Source: Pseudomonadota bacterium
GTDB taxonomy: Bacteria > Pseudomonadota > Alphaproteobacteria > Rhizobiales > Beijerinckiaceae
NCBI GenBank assembly: GCA_021777795.1
Contig: JAJYDD010000001.1
Coordinates: forward strand, 689 to 64,688
Length of the DNA stretch: 64,000 bases
Direction: 5' to 3'
Shown: positions 1 through 8,985 of the stretch, in pieces
Layout: every line of letters begins with the position of its first letter
Position numbering within the stretch: position 1 is the stretch's first letter
Notes under the pieces: generated by a model
What the model saw: the letters and a program-made list of their open reading frames with translations, nothing else
Told to the model about the DNA's origin: nothing
Databases searched by the model: none
Translations under genes and position numbers: made by a program

Positions 1-236
1 CCTTTGACGATGGGCAAAAGGTCTTTATCGAATTCCCGACCGGCATAAGGCAGGGCGAAATGCCGCCGCTCTTCGTCATCGGCCCTGCGGGCGGCTCCGA
101 GCTGGTCAATTACCGCGTCAACCGCAACTACTACATCGTCGACCGCCTGTTCGCCGCCGCCGAGTTGCGCCTGGGCGACAAGGACAGCGAACGCCGTGTC
201 CGCATCGTGCGCACCGACGGAAGGCCGCGCTCATGA
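1..236 (+). CDS. trbG: P-type conjugative transfer protein TrbG, 3' fragment (runs off window start)
   Basis: Frame from nt 3 reads FDDGQKVFIEFP...PPLFVIG...ELVNYRV...IVDRLFAAAELRLG, matching the C-terminus of TrbG at 11357-12400; TGA at 234-236 overlaps the trbI ATG. Confidence 0.9.
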   Translation, partial: FDDGQKVFIEFPTGIRQGEMPPLFVIGPAGGSELVNYRVNRNYYIVDRLFAAAELRLGDKDSERRVRIVRTDGRPRS

Positions 237-1441
237 CCGGCGAGCCGAACGGGGAGCGGAGCGCCGCGCCCGAGCCCTTGGCGTCGCCCGACCTGCGGCT
301 GCGGGGCGAGCGGCCGCGCGTCACGCGTCTGTCGCGCAAGGTTCTGATCGGCATGGGCTTTGTCTCGGCGCTCGTCGTCGCCGGCGCGCTTGGCTACGCG
401 CTCCAAAGCCGCAACAAGTCCGACGCTGGCCGGGAGCTTCTCAGCATTCAGAACCGTCCGGCCGCAGAAGGATTGGCCGGCCTGCCGAAGGATTACACCG
501 GCCTGCCGCGCCGTGCGCCGCCGCTCGGGCTCCCGCTTCCGGGCGATCTCGGCAAACCCATCCTCAACGCCGGCGCGGCGCCGAACACTTTTCTTCCCGC
601 AGCCGGTCCCGACTCCGAGGCGCGGCGGCTCGCCCAGGAAAATGAGGCGGCGCGCGTCAGCAAGCTTTTCGCCCGGACCCGCCAGCAGCCACAGGACGTC
701 GTCGCTGTCGCCCCCGCGGCAATGCCCGGCGCGGGGACCAGCGTCGGTCCGACGCCTCCTGTCGACGCCGGCTCCGCCCAGAACATGCAGGACCGTAAGA
801 CCGCCTTCCTCAACGCCGCGTCCGACAAACGCACCGTCAGCCCCGACCGGCTGGAAGCCAAGGTCTCGCCCTATGTGGTGCAGGCCGGCACGGTCATTCC
901 AGCCGCGCTCATCACCGGCATTCGCTCCGACCTTCCCGGCCAGATCACCGCCCAGGTGACCGAGGCGGTCTATGACAGCCCCACCGGCAAATACCTGCTC
1001 ATCCCGCAAGGCGCGCGGCTGATCGGCCAGTACGACAGCTCCGTCGCCTTCGGCCAGTCGCGCATCCTGCTCGTCTGGACGCGCCTGAACATGCCGGACG
1101 GCGAATCGATCGTGCTGGAGCGCCTGCCCGGCGCCGACGCCGGCGGCTATGCGGGCCTCGAGGATGAGGTCGACAATCACTGGGGCATGCTGTTCAAGGC
1201 CGCCGTGCTCTCGACGCTGCTCAGCGTCGGCGCCGAAGCGGGGACCAGTCAGAATGAGAACAACCTCGTTCAGGCGATCCGCGCCGGCGCCTCCAACAGC
1301 ATCGGCCAAACCGGCGAGCAGATCGTCCAGCGCCAGCTCAACATCCAGCCGACCCTGACGATCCGGCCCGGATTCCCGGTCCGAATAATCGCAACGCGGG
1401 ACCTCGTACTGGCGCCCTATGGGCAGAAAGGAACGCCATGA
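233..1441 (+). CDS. trbI: TrbI/VirB10 conjugation protein
   Basis: AGTVIPAALITGIRSDLPGQITAQV and PTLTIRPGFPVRI motifs; N-terminal TM segment; paralog of 10113-11360. Confidence 0.95.
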   Translation: MTGEPNGERSAAPEPLASPDLRLRGERPRVTRLSRKVLIGMGFVSALVVAGALGYALQSRNKSDAGRELLSIQNRPAAEGLAGLPKDYTGLPRRAPPLGLPLPGDLGKPILNAGAAPNTFLPAAGPDSEARRLAQENEAARVSKLFARTRQQPQDVVAVAPAAMPGAGTSVGPTPPVDAGSAQNMQDRKTAFLNAASDKRTVSPDRLEAKVSPYVVQAGTVIPAALITGIRSDLPGQITAQVTEAVYDSPTGKYLLIPQGARLIGQYDSSVAFGQSRILLVWTRLNMPDGESIVLERLPGADAGGYAGLEDEVDNHWGMLFKAAVLSTLLSVGAEAGTSQNENNLVQAIRAGASNSIGQTGEQIVQRQLNIQPTLTIRPGFPVRIIATRDLVLAPYGQKGTP

Positions 1442-1695
1442 CAAAATTGAAGCTTGGGGCGCTTGCCGACGACAAGCCGGTCAAGGTCAGCATCGAGCTG
1501 CCCGCCGCGGTCCACCGCGACCTTGCCGCCTATGCCGAGCTGCTTGGACGGACCACGGGGCGGCCGGCGCCTGATCCCGCAAAGCTCGTGGCGCCAATGA
1601 TCGCGCATTTTATGGCGAACGACAGGGCGTTCGCGAAGGCGCGCCGCAACGGAAACTCTCAAGCCGGTCCGGCTTCGACCGAAAGATCGGGATAG
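1438..1695 (+). CDS. DUF2274 family protein
   Basis: MTKLKLGALADDKPVKVSIELPA...DRAFAKAR; usual position after trbI; paralog of 9884-10111. Confidence 0.85.
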   Translation: MTKLKLGALADDKPVKVSIELPAAVHRDLAAYAELLGRTTGRPAPDPAKLVAPMIAHFMANDRAFAKARRNGNSQAGPASTERSG

Positions 1696-2576
1696 CGCTC
1701 CCGGAGCATGGCCAGGAAAGGGCCGAGTGTCGGGTTTCCGTTGGCCTCGCGCCAATAGGCCATGAAGTTGAGCCGCGTCGGGCCGTCGTCATCGCAAACC
1801 TCGCGATAGACGACCCCGTCGTAGCGGACGCCAGTGGCGCCCTCAAGAATCAGAAGCGCGCCATAGTCCGCGCCGACCAGGCTCAACAAGCTATCAAGGG
1901 CGGCGTCTTGATGAAGGATACGCTGAGGGCTCGCGCCCCGGAGCTTGATCATCAGCAGCCGCTCGAGCTCCTGGCCCGGCCCCCGCTGAGGCAGCAGGAT
2001 TCGTTCATTCGCCAATTCGATCCAACGAATCGCGCGGCTTCGGCTGAGAGGATGGCGCTCGGGCAGGGCGACGATGACCCGTTCGCTCCACAGCGGCAGC
2101 ACGCGATCATCCCACCCGGAACGACATTTGGTCATGACCGCGACATCGACGACCCCGCCTGCAAGAGCGGCGAGCAGACGCTCGTGATTTCCATCGAATG
2201 TGTGAACCTCCACATCGGCAAATCGGCGATGATGCTCCACAAAATTGGCGTACATGTTGCCGGTGGAGGGCGAAGCGTAAACGCCGATCGTCAGCCGTCC
2301 ATTCTCACCACGACTTCGCGCTTTCAGATTGTGCAAGGCGGTCTCGGTCTCGGAAAGGATGCGGCGCGCGGCCACGAGAAACTCGACGCCCGCGACAGTG
2401 GGGCGGGTGCCGCCGTTGGTCCGTTCGAACAGCTCCGCGCCAAGACGATATTCCATGTCGCGTAAACGCCGGCTGAGCGTGGACTGCCGGATGTTCAAAG
2501 TCTGCGCCGCTTGCCGAAGGCTCCGGTGTTGGGAGGCGACGATCGCCAATTTCATGTCCCGAAGCTCGACGGACAC
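1659..2576 (-). CDS. LysR-family transcriptional regulator
   Basis: N-terminal HTH SLRQAAQTLNIRQSTLSRRLRDME...LFER; AAGGAGG RBS before the GTG start; convergent overlap with DUF2274. Confidence 0.92.
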   Translation of the reverse strand: MSVELRDMKLAIVASQHRSLRQAAQTLNIRQSTLSRRLRDMEYRLGAELFERTNGGTRPTVAGVEFLVAARRILSETETALHNLKARSRGENGRLTIGVYASPSTGNMYANFVEHHRRFADVEVHTFDGNHERLLAALAGGVVDVAVMTKCRSGWDDRVLPLWSERVIVALPERHPLSRSRAIRWIELANERILLPQRGPGQELERLLMIKLRGASPQRILHQDAALDSLLSLVGADYGALLILEGATGVRYDGVVYREVCDDDGPTRLNFMAYWREANGNPTLGPFLAMLRERYPDLSVEAGPA

Positions 2577-2588
2577 CGCCCCCCTCCT

Positions 2589-2699
2589 TCATCCGCGCAC
2601 AACCGAATAAGTGGCGAAAGCGATGATGGCTGGCGCGATGAGCATGATCGCAGACAGAACCAAAAGCGCCGGCACAACGAATTTTGTCGCTTTAGTCAT
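2589..2699 (-). CDS. Putative 36-aa single-TM membrane peptide (below the ORF-track cutoff)
   Basis: Hand translation MTKATKFVVPALLVLSAIMLIAPAIIAFATYSVVRG*; start overlaps the tetR stop region and the stop abuts the lysR RBS. Confidence 0.5.
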   Translation of the reverse strand: MTKATKFVVPALLVLSAIMLIAPAIIAFATYSVVRG

Positions 2700-3378
2700 C
2701 CTCTCGATCCAATTCCGCAAAGGCACGCTCGGGAGACCGCCCATTTATCGGCGCGAGACCCAGGGCCCGCCCCACGAAGTCGACGAAGGCCGCGGCCATT
2801 TTGCTGAAAGTCTGCGGCCTGAGGGCGATGCGGCTCAGCAGTCCATCGGTGAAGGCCATGATCAGGGCTGCGGTTTCGTGAGCGTCGACGTCTGCCGCGA
2901 TCTCGCGCCGCGCCTTGGCTTTTTCGATGACGGTGGCGAGCGCGCCGACTATTTCGCTCTCGGCGCGGCGCACGGCATCGGCGATGTCGGGCCGCCGGAA
3001 TGTCTCGGCCAGAATGTCCAATCGGATCGGGTGCTGTTCGCCCCCAGCATCCGCATTCGCGATCCATGCGCCCGCCGCCTTCAAAGCTTCGGTCACGCTT
3101 TCCGTGTTCACCAGCATCCCGAGGATCTTCAAGTCCTCCAGGAGATCGTCTTCGATCAAGGCGATCATCAGATCGTCCTTGGTCGAGAAGTATTGATAGA
3201 GATTGGCCACGCTGACGCCCGCTTCCGCGCTGATCTCAGCCGTGCTTGCGGCGTGAAAACCCTTGCGCGCGAAGCAGCGGCGCGCGGCGCCCATGATCTG
3301 CCTTGTTCGCGCGGCCCTGGCTTCCGGGTCGATAGGGCGGCCAAGCCGATGGGAGGAACGGGGTTTTGGTGGTGTCAT
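2692..3378 (-). CDS. TetR/AcrR-family transcriptional regulator
   Basis: IMGAARRCFARKGFHAASTAEISAEAGVSVANLYQYF HTH; start placed at ATG 3378 (MTPPKP), not at the ORF-track start 3732. Confidence 0.88.
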   Translation of the reverse strand: MTPPKPRSSHRLGRPIDPEARAARTRQIMGAARRCFARKGFHAASTAEISAEAGVSVANLYQYFSTKDDLMIALIEDDLLEDLKILGMLVNTESVTEALKAAGAWIANADAGGEQHPIRLDILAETFRRPDIADAVRRAESEIVGALATVIEKAKARREIAADVDAHETAALIMAFTDGLLSRIALRPQTFSKMAAAFVDFVGRALGLAPINGRSPERAFAELDREDD

Positions 3379-3380
3379 GG

Positions 3381-3414
3381 CATATATATGCGAACGGTCA
3401 CTCATATATGTCAA
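3381..3414 (-). promoter_or_regulatory. tetR promoter overlapping a palindromic operator
   Basis: TTGACA on the minus strand (3409-3414); inverted repeat ATATATG(3384-3390)-N12-CATATAT(3403-3409) just upstream of the ATG. Confidence 0.6.
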
Positions 3415-3602
3415 GAGACGCCTTTTATTTGCTATGTCTGAATCGGCGCGGGGTTGGACGCCGATCGGCGTAATCGCCGCAGATCTCGTTGGGATCAGAG
3501 GGGTCAACTCTCCACGCTGATTCACAGCCAAAATGGCGCGCGCAACGCCGGGTCCACGGCGTCCAGCATGTCGCGGATGCCCCCATTTCACACTTGAGAC
3601 TT

Positions 3603-6503
3603 CTATTTTCGGCCTTTTGCAAGGCCGCTTCGGTTCTCGCCTTGCGCTCTTTCCTCCGCTATCGGAAGCGAGACCCCGGGCATGCCCGCTTCCTCGAGAT
3701 AATCTTCGAGCGAGAGCCGGGCGCCGTTCCATCCAAAGTCGGCGGGCGTGAATTCGGCGATGAAACGCAGATTCAGCGCTTCGAAGATTGGCGTCCAGGC
3801 ATCCTCGCCATTGCGGCGCTGTCGCACGGACAAGGCCGAATTGAATTGATAAGAACCAAGCACCCTGCGTTTGAACAGACGCCGGTTGTAGGCGTAATCG
3901 CGATTGACCTCATTTCTTGCCAGCAGGCCGGAGAGATATTGCCGCTTCTTTCGCTCGTTCGAGACGACGGCGGTGGGCAGGTTTTCCCATGCCGAAAGAA
4001 TAGCCTGCGTGTCGAAGGCGGTTGCGCGGGACCACCGGTCCTGTGTGAAAAGCGGCCTGAAAAGAACCCAGAACGTTTGGAACAACAAGTATTCCGCGTG
4101 ACGCTGGTCAATGCGCACGAGCCGTTCGCCCGTGTTCACGTCGATGCTAGACGGCGCCAGCAGTTCGTAAAGCGTGGCGAATGGCCCCCTCGCAAAAGCC
4201 GGATCGCCGAACGCCTCGCGCATGGCCCAGTGAAGGGCGTTCCAACCGAAATGATCGACGTTTTGCCTGTCCGCGCCGCGTTCAAGCAAAGCCTCCACCA
4301 GGGGGACATTGCCGGCCGCGGCCGCCGCCATCAGGGGCGTTTGGTTCATTTGCAAACGATGTTCTATCCCGTGGCTGGCGCACTGGTACAACATTTCTTT
4401 GAAATTCTTGGAGAAATAAGCCGCATAGCTCTTGCGGCCCTGGCTGACGCGCACCCGGTCGAATTGTTTCGCCGCGTCCATGCCGGCCTCCCTCGCCAGC
4501 CAGACGGCAAGGGCAGGTTCATCATGGCAGCAGGCGATGTCGAACAGTTGCTGGCGCGGCTTGCCGCCAGGAGCGCGGTCGCGGAAAACCTCGATGAGCA
4601 GTTCGGTTGTTTTTGCCTGATCGAACACCGGCCAGGGCACAGGGCTTTGCCGCAGAATATCGCGCCGGATGGCGTCGACCTGTTCCTGCTTCCCTTGCAG
4701 TTCGAGTTTGCGGGCTTCCCTCTGCCAGTCTTCGAGGCTGGACCGTTGCGCATCCACCCGCACCTGGCCCGCGGGCGTCAGCTCAAGCAGTTTGAATATC
4801 GGATGCTCGGTATCGGATTCGATCAGATAGAGATTCGCGATCGCCCGGGTCAGCGCGACATAGAGCGCATTGACATAGAATTTATAGACTTCCAGCGACT
4901 TGTCGCTCTTGTCCTTCGCCCGCCGATAATCCAATTCGTCGGCGGTCAGATCTTGCGCCGCAACCCCATCGACGATCTCATTGAACTCCGACCGATGGTC
5001 GGAGATGAAACGATAGAGGACAATGTTTTCATATTCCAACCCCTTGGCCTCATGAATTGAAAACACCAGCGGCGTCGTGAAATGCTTTCGTGCCTCGGCC
5101 TTGTCCTCGTCGCGCATGACCAGCACTGCAAAACGGGTCGACTGGCGGATTTTCTGGTTGAGTTCCCGCTTGAGTTCGTCCTTGTCCGACGCGAGCGTCA
5201 CCTCGCCCGCCTCCGCGCCCACCGCCCTGACCAGAAAATTGCTTTCCCGATCGATCGAACCGAAGCGCCGATGCTTGATCTTGAGCAAAAGATTCGCGAC
5301 CCGCGTCGCCTCGCGGCTGTTGCGGAAATTGGCTGTCAGCACCGACAACTGCTGACGTTGGGCGAGTTCCGGATCGCGCCAGAACAGGCTCTTGACCTGA
5401 GCCCACGAAAAAAAGTTGGGGTGAACGATCTGGTTGGAATCGCCGCAGAGCAGAAAATGGCTGGCATGGCGCAAGGTTTTGAGCACAAGCGCGAGTTGGA
5501 CCGGTGTGATGTCCTGGACTTCGTCAATCACCACGAAGTCGTAACGCGGCGCCGCTTTGCCGAGCCATTCCTGCGCGATCAGGTTCAAGTCGAACAGCTT
5601 CGCGTCTTTCAGCCAGGCACGATATTTCTCGAATATGTCGTAGAGCCGGCTGCGCTTGCTCGCAGGGAAAATCGACTGGCGCACGCCCAGGGCGAGATAA
5701 TCTTCCCGCGTGAGCACGCCTCGTTCGCCAGCCGTGATGACGCCGCGAATCTCCTCAACAGCCTGATGCGCGTCGATGTCGCGAAAATCCGCGTCCCGGA
5801 AGGACTGGCGAATGCGTTGAAACCACGCCACGAAATCCCGCCACGTGACCTCGCGTCCCGGCGGAACGTGAATGGATTCGATGAATTCCCGATAGGATAG
5901 AAACGTCGCCTCTTGACCGGCTCGGTCAAATCCATTGGCATAGTAAAGGTTTCGCGCGTTCTGGGCGAGATAGGCTGAATGGGTGACATAGAGCGCCTCG
6001 CCTTCGACCAGTTTTAACTTTTCGAGCGTTAGCGCCGTCTTTCCGCTGCCGGCGCCGCCAACTATGACGAGCGGCGCAGGAGCGCGAAAGATGGCATCCT
6101 GGGCGTCGTCGAAGGAAATCGGCTTGTCGAGTAGATGGATAACCGACCGTTCAGGATTCAGATAGCGCAACGATTGCGCTTCCTTTTCGGCCTCGGCGGC
6201 GTCGCAAGCGACGATTTTATCCTCGTCAATGACGGCGCCTCGCAGGAAGCGTGATTTTCCGTAATCGTGATTGACGATGACCTCCAGCATGAGGGCGTAA
6301 ACGCCGTCATCGTGACGGAGGAGGGAAAAGATCAATCGGTCCGTGTCATTGAGCCGAGCCCGGTAGAATTTGCCGTGTCCAACGCCCGTCAGCTTGCGCA
6401 CCTGAGCTGCGCGAAAATCGCCGCTGGCGATTGCGGCCACCACCTTGCGGTAGGCGGCCTTCACCCGCGACGTGTCTAGATCAGCGAACTCGAGGATCTT
6501 CAT
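3603..6503 (-). CDS. SF1 (UvrD-like) helicase with N-terminal RelE/ParE-like domain and C-terminal ankyrin repeats
   Basis: GGAGSGKT, DEVQD, GDSNQ, NFRNS, SIHEAKGLEY, YVALTRA; ankyrin TPLMAAAAAGNVPLVEALLERGAD and GWNALHWA; N-terminal YRARLNDTDRLIF; start could be 6533. Confidence 0.85.
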   Translation of the reverse strand: MKILEFADLDTSRVKAAYRKVVAAIASGDFRAAQVRKLTGVGHGKFYRARLNDTDRLIFSLLRHDDGVYALMLEVIVNHDYGKSRFLRGAVIDEDKIVACDAAEAEKEAQSLRYLNPERSVIHLLDKPISFDDAQDAIFRAPAPLVIVGGAGSGKTALTLEKLKLVEGEALYVTHSAYLAQNARNLYYANGFDRAGQEATFLSYREFIESIHVPPGREVTWRDFVAWFQRIRQSFRDADFRDIDAHQAVEEIRGVITAGERGVLTREDYLALGVRQSIFPASKRSRLYDIFEKYRAWLKDAKLFDLNLIAQEWLGKAAPRYDFVVIDEVQDITPVQLALVLKTLRHASHFLLCGDSNQIVHPNFFSWAQVKSLFWRDPELAQRQQLSVLTANFRNSREATRVANLLLKIKHRRFGSIDRESNFLVRAVGAEAGEVTLASDKDELKRELNQKIRQSTRFAVLVMRDEDKAEARKHFTTPLVFSIHEAKGLEYENIVLYRFISDHRSEFNEIVDGVAAQDLTADELDYRRAKDKSDKSLEVYKFYVNALYVALTRAIANLYLIESDTEHPIFKLLELTPAGQVRVDAQRSSLEDWQREARKLELQGKQEQVDAIRRDILRQSPVPWPVFDQAKTTELLIEVFRDRAPGGKPRQQLFDIACCHDEPALAVWLAREAGMDAAKQFDRVRVSQGRKSYAAYFSKNFKEMLYQCASHGIEHRLQMNQTPLMAAAAAGNVPLVEALLERGADRQNVDHFGWNALHWAMREAFGDPAFARGPFATLYELLAPSSIDVNTGERLVRIDQRHAEYLLFQTFWVLFRPLFTQDRWSRATAFDTQAILSAWENLPTAVVSNERKKRQYLSGLLARNEVNRDYAYNRRLFKRRVLGSYQFNSALSVRQRRNGEDAWTPIFEALNLRFIAEFTPADFGWNGARLSLEDYLEEAGMPGVSLPIAEERAQGENRSGLAKGRK

Positions 6504-6811
6504 GGAACAAGGCGCTTCGAACGATTCCTTCAAGACGGATTCGCCGAGAGAATCGCCGGCTCACCCTCTGACGATCCGAATAGCTTTTTCCTCTCCTCTC
6601 GCCAACGGATCATTTTGCCCTCCATGTCGCGTGCAAAACGGCAGGGCGTCTGGAGGCCAATCGGCGTCGTAAGACGTTGGAGCTTCTTGCAAAACTATTT
6701 CTCAACCATGCCCGATCAGCGCCTGATTGCCCCCTGTCGCCGTGTTTCTGAGGGAGGATGGTCGGGTTTCCACCGGGAACTCGACTCGCTTCGACTGGTT
6801 GGCCTTGATCT

Positions 6812-8227
6812 TCACGTGTTGAGCGCAACCACCTGCGCAATGATCGACCGAAGTCGGGTTGCGTCTGAGTCCTCTTTCGACAGTCGTTCTGCCAACACCC
6901 GGATCAGATCCGCATCAAGCTCCGGGAGCGCTTCAGCCGACTCACCCTCTTTCGGTTCCGCGGCCTTGCCCTCCAGCGCAGTCGCCAGGAGTTTTTCAAC
7001 GCGCTTGGCCGCTTCGAGCGAAGGGTCATGCTGGACATGGGCATAGATGGCCGTTGATCTTAGGTTCGCGTGCCCGAGGATTGCCCCCGTCAGCGCCAAT
7101 GCCTCGCCGCTCGATGTGGCGGTCGATCCCAGGGTATGCCGCAACGTGTGGGGCGTGATGCCAGGCAGTTCGGCGATCTCGATCACTTTAGCCCAAATTT
7201 TCCGCGTGCTCTGATAATAGCCGTCGCCCTTCTCGGCGGGAAACAGATAACCTGCCTTGCGATCCCTCAAGAGCGTTTTCAACAACGCGGCAGCCGCAGG
7301 GCCGAACGGACGAATCGACTTCCCTGTCTTCGTGTCGTCGAACTCGAAGAGATTCCGCTCCAGCTTGATTTCGTGGACTTTTAGTTCCGCGATCTCATTG
7401 CGCCGACAGCCCGTCAGAGCCCAAAGTCGGGCAATTGCAACGGCCTTAGGATTTGCTCCATCGGCCTCCACCCTATCGAATGCCTCGCCAAGCTGGGAAA
7501 CTTCCTCGAGCGTGAGAAAGCGATCACGGCGGTTGTCGGTTTTCCGAACGGAAGCTTTTTCGACCGGGTTCTTCGCAACAAAGCCGTGCCGGCCGGCGAA
7601 GCTGAATACCGCAGACAGGTCACGAACGACCTTCCGGGCGGCGCCCTCTCCGCCGCGGACGATGACGCGCTTGCGTGGTCCGACCTTTTCGTCTTTCGCT
7701 GTCTTGCCAGCTTTGACCTCAGCCACGAATTTTTCGATCTCGCCCGAAGTGATCTCGCTGACCCGCCTGTGACCGAGCAACGGCTCGACATGGTTACGGA
7801 GCCGCGCCATTGTATATTGCTTAGTCAGTGGCTTCATCGGTCTGCCTTTATGGACGCCGCGCTGGATGAAACAGCCATGTTCCTCATAGAAGTCGAGCAG
7901 TTCCTTCATCGTTTTTTCGCGCCGCTTCTCTTGGACCTTGCCTGCAGGATCGTCGCCGCTAGCTGCGGCGCCTAGCAGCGCTTTAGCTTTCTTCCTCGCT
8001 TGCTCGACCGTGAGCGTTCCGAAGCGCGCAACGGTCATGAACCGCCTCGGCGCGGATCGGCCGCCGCCATCGGAGCGATAGCGAATGATGAAGGTTTTGG
8101 TGCCGCTCTTCTCGACTCGCAGGCCGAACCCGGCAAGTTCCAAATCCCACAGGTCGTACCGAGCACTTCGAACCTCAGCCTTCTCAACAACGGTCTTTGT
8201 CAATCGCACACTCGACGTCCGATCCAT
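6812..8227 (-). CDS. int: Tyrosine integrase with N-terminal arm-binding domain
   Basis: LWDLELAGFGLRV...KTFIIRYR arm domain; catalytic TGCRRNE, DTKTG, HTLRH, LGH, TAIYAH; GGAGG RBS before ATG 8227. Confidence 0.93.
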   Translation of the reverse strand: MDRTSSVRLTKTVVEKAEVRSARYDLWDLELAGFGLRVEKSGTKTFIIRYRSDGGGRSAPRRFMTVARFGTLTVEQARKKAKALLGAAASGDDPAGKVQEKRREKTMKELLDFYEEHGCFIQRGVHKGRPMKPLTKQYTMARLRNHVEPLLGHRRVSEITSGEIEKFVAEVKAGKTAKDEKVGPRKRVIVRGGEGAARKVVRDLSAVFSFAGRHGFVAKNPVEKASVRKTDNRRDRFLTLEEVSQLGEAFDRVEADGANPKAVAIARLWALTGCRRNEIAELKVHEIKLERNLFEFDDTKTGKSIRPFGPAAAALLKTLLRDRKAGYLFPAEKGDGYYQSTRKIWAKVIEIAELPGITPHTLRHTLGSTATSSGEALALTGAILGHANLRSTAIYAHVQHDPSLEAAKRVEKLLATALEGKAAEPKEGESAEALPELDADLIRVLAERLSKEDSDATRLRSIIAQVVALNT

Positions 8228-8251
8228 TGAAGGCCTCCATCCGCACTTTTC

Positions 8252-8292
8252 GGTGGACACCAGCCTATAATGGTGTCCACATGGTGTCCACC
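8252..8292. repeat. Putative integrase arm-type sites of the left element
   Basis: TGGTGTCCACA (8271-8281) and TGGTGTCCACC (8282-8292) in tandem, plus inverted GGTGGACACCA (8252-8262), between int and the att core. Confidence 0.65.
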
Positions 8293-8415
8293 ACAGAGAA
8301 AAATTCAGGCGTTTCCCAGCGTAGAGCAGCGAAGGTGCATATTAATAACATATTGATAAACAGCGAATTTATAGATGCAGGGAGAAAAGCAGCCAAGCCT
8401 GTCGTAGGTATACCG

Positions 8416-8465
8416 CAACCTTGCCAAGGTTGGGGTCGAGGGTTCGAATCCCTTCGCCCGCTCCA
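8416..8465 (+). mobile_element. att core: duplicated 3' part of tRNA-Gly(GCC)
   Basis: caaccttGCCaaggttgg anticodon arm, GGTTCGAATCCC T-arm and cgcccgctCCA; upstream sequence cannot form the acceptor stem or D-arm. Confidence 0.88.
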
Positions 8466-8492
8466 GTTTCTCTCAGTAAATTCAGAGAGATA

Positions 8493-8518
8493 AGAACGGC
8501 CATTCGGGGCCGTTTTTG
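8493..8518 (+). terminator. Intrinsic terminator downstream of the tRNA-derived att
   Basis: aacggcc-attcgg-ggccgtt stem followed by a T-run. Confidence 0.6.
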
Positions 8519-8543
8519 CTTACATGGCCAAAAGGCGTTGCCG

Positions 8544-8562
8544 TGTAAGCACTATGTAAGCA
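8544..8562. repeat. Putative arm-type sites of the right ICE
   Basis: TGTAAGCA direct repeat at 8544-8551 and 8555-8562 (11-bp period), about 80 bp inside the att. Confidence 0.5.
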
Positions 8563-8985
8563 TCAGAACGGGTGTTGCTGGATATCGTCGGGTGCGTTTT
8601 TCGGCAACGAGCGCGCGATAGTGCTGCGCACTCATCCGCAGAGCGGAGCCAGCGCCTTTGCCATAGCCTCATCGACCGCCCCCGGTGTTGGCCATGGACG
8701 CGCAAACTCTGGACCTCTCGGTGCGACTGGCGGCGATTCGAAAGCCCCAAATGATTTTCGATGACGACGGTGCGCGACCGAGCGCTTGATCTCCGGATGC
8801 CTTCAACCGGCCAAAATTGCTTGCGGTGACGCGCACTTCAAGCGCTGGCCTTCGATTCCAAACCGGCGCGCTATATCGAGGCGACAAAGATCGCCGCTTT
8901 GATGGACAATTGCTAACCCGTTTATGCTTGGTTCAACGGCCGGGGTAGAGAGTATTGCGTTCAGAATTGGTTAGAGGCTTTTTGA

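Noticed and set aside
3379-3732. N-terminal extension of the 346-aa TetR ORF
   Set aside because: It overlaps the helicase gene end and runs through the promoter and operator; the HTH starts shortly after ATG 3378
3489-5060. Long antisense ORFs (523 aa here; also 131-1444, 38316-39863, 43856-45151 and others)
   Set aside because: They are shadows of well-supported genes on the opposite strand, expected from GC-rich codon bias, and have no motifs
8390-8465. Intact tRNA-Gly gene
   Set aside because: Only the anticodon arm through CCA is present; the upstream bases cannot pair with the 3' acceptor strand and there is no D-arm, so it is called an att core
8570-8980. Short ORFs between att and lysR
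   Set aside because: No motifs, no convincing RBS and conflicting frames; treated as intergenic
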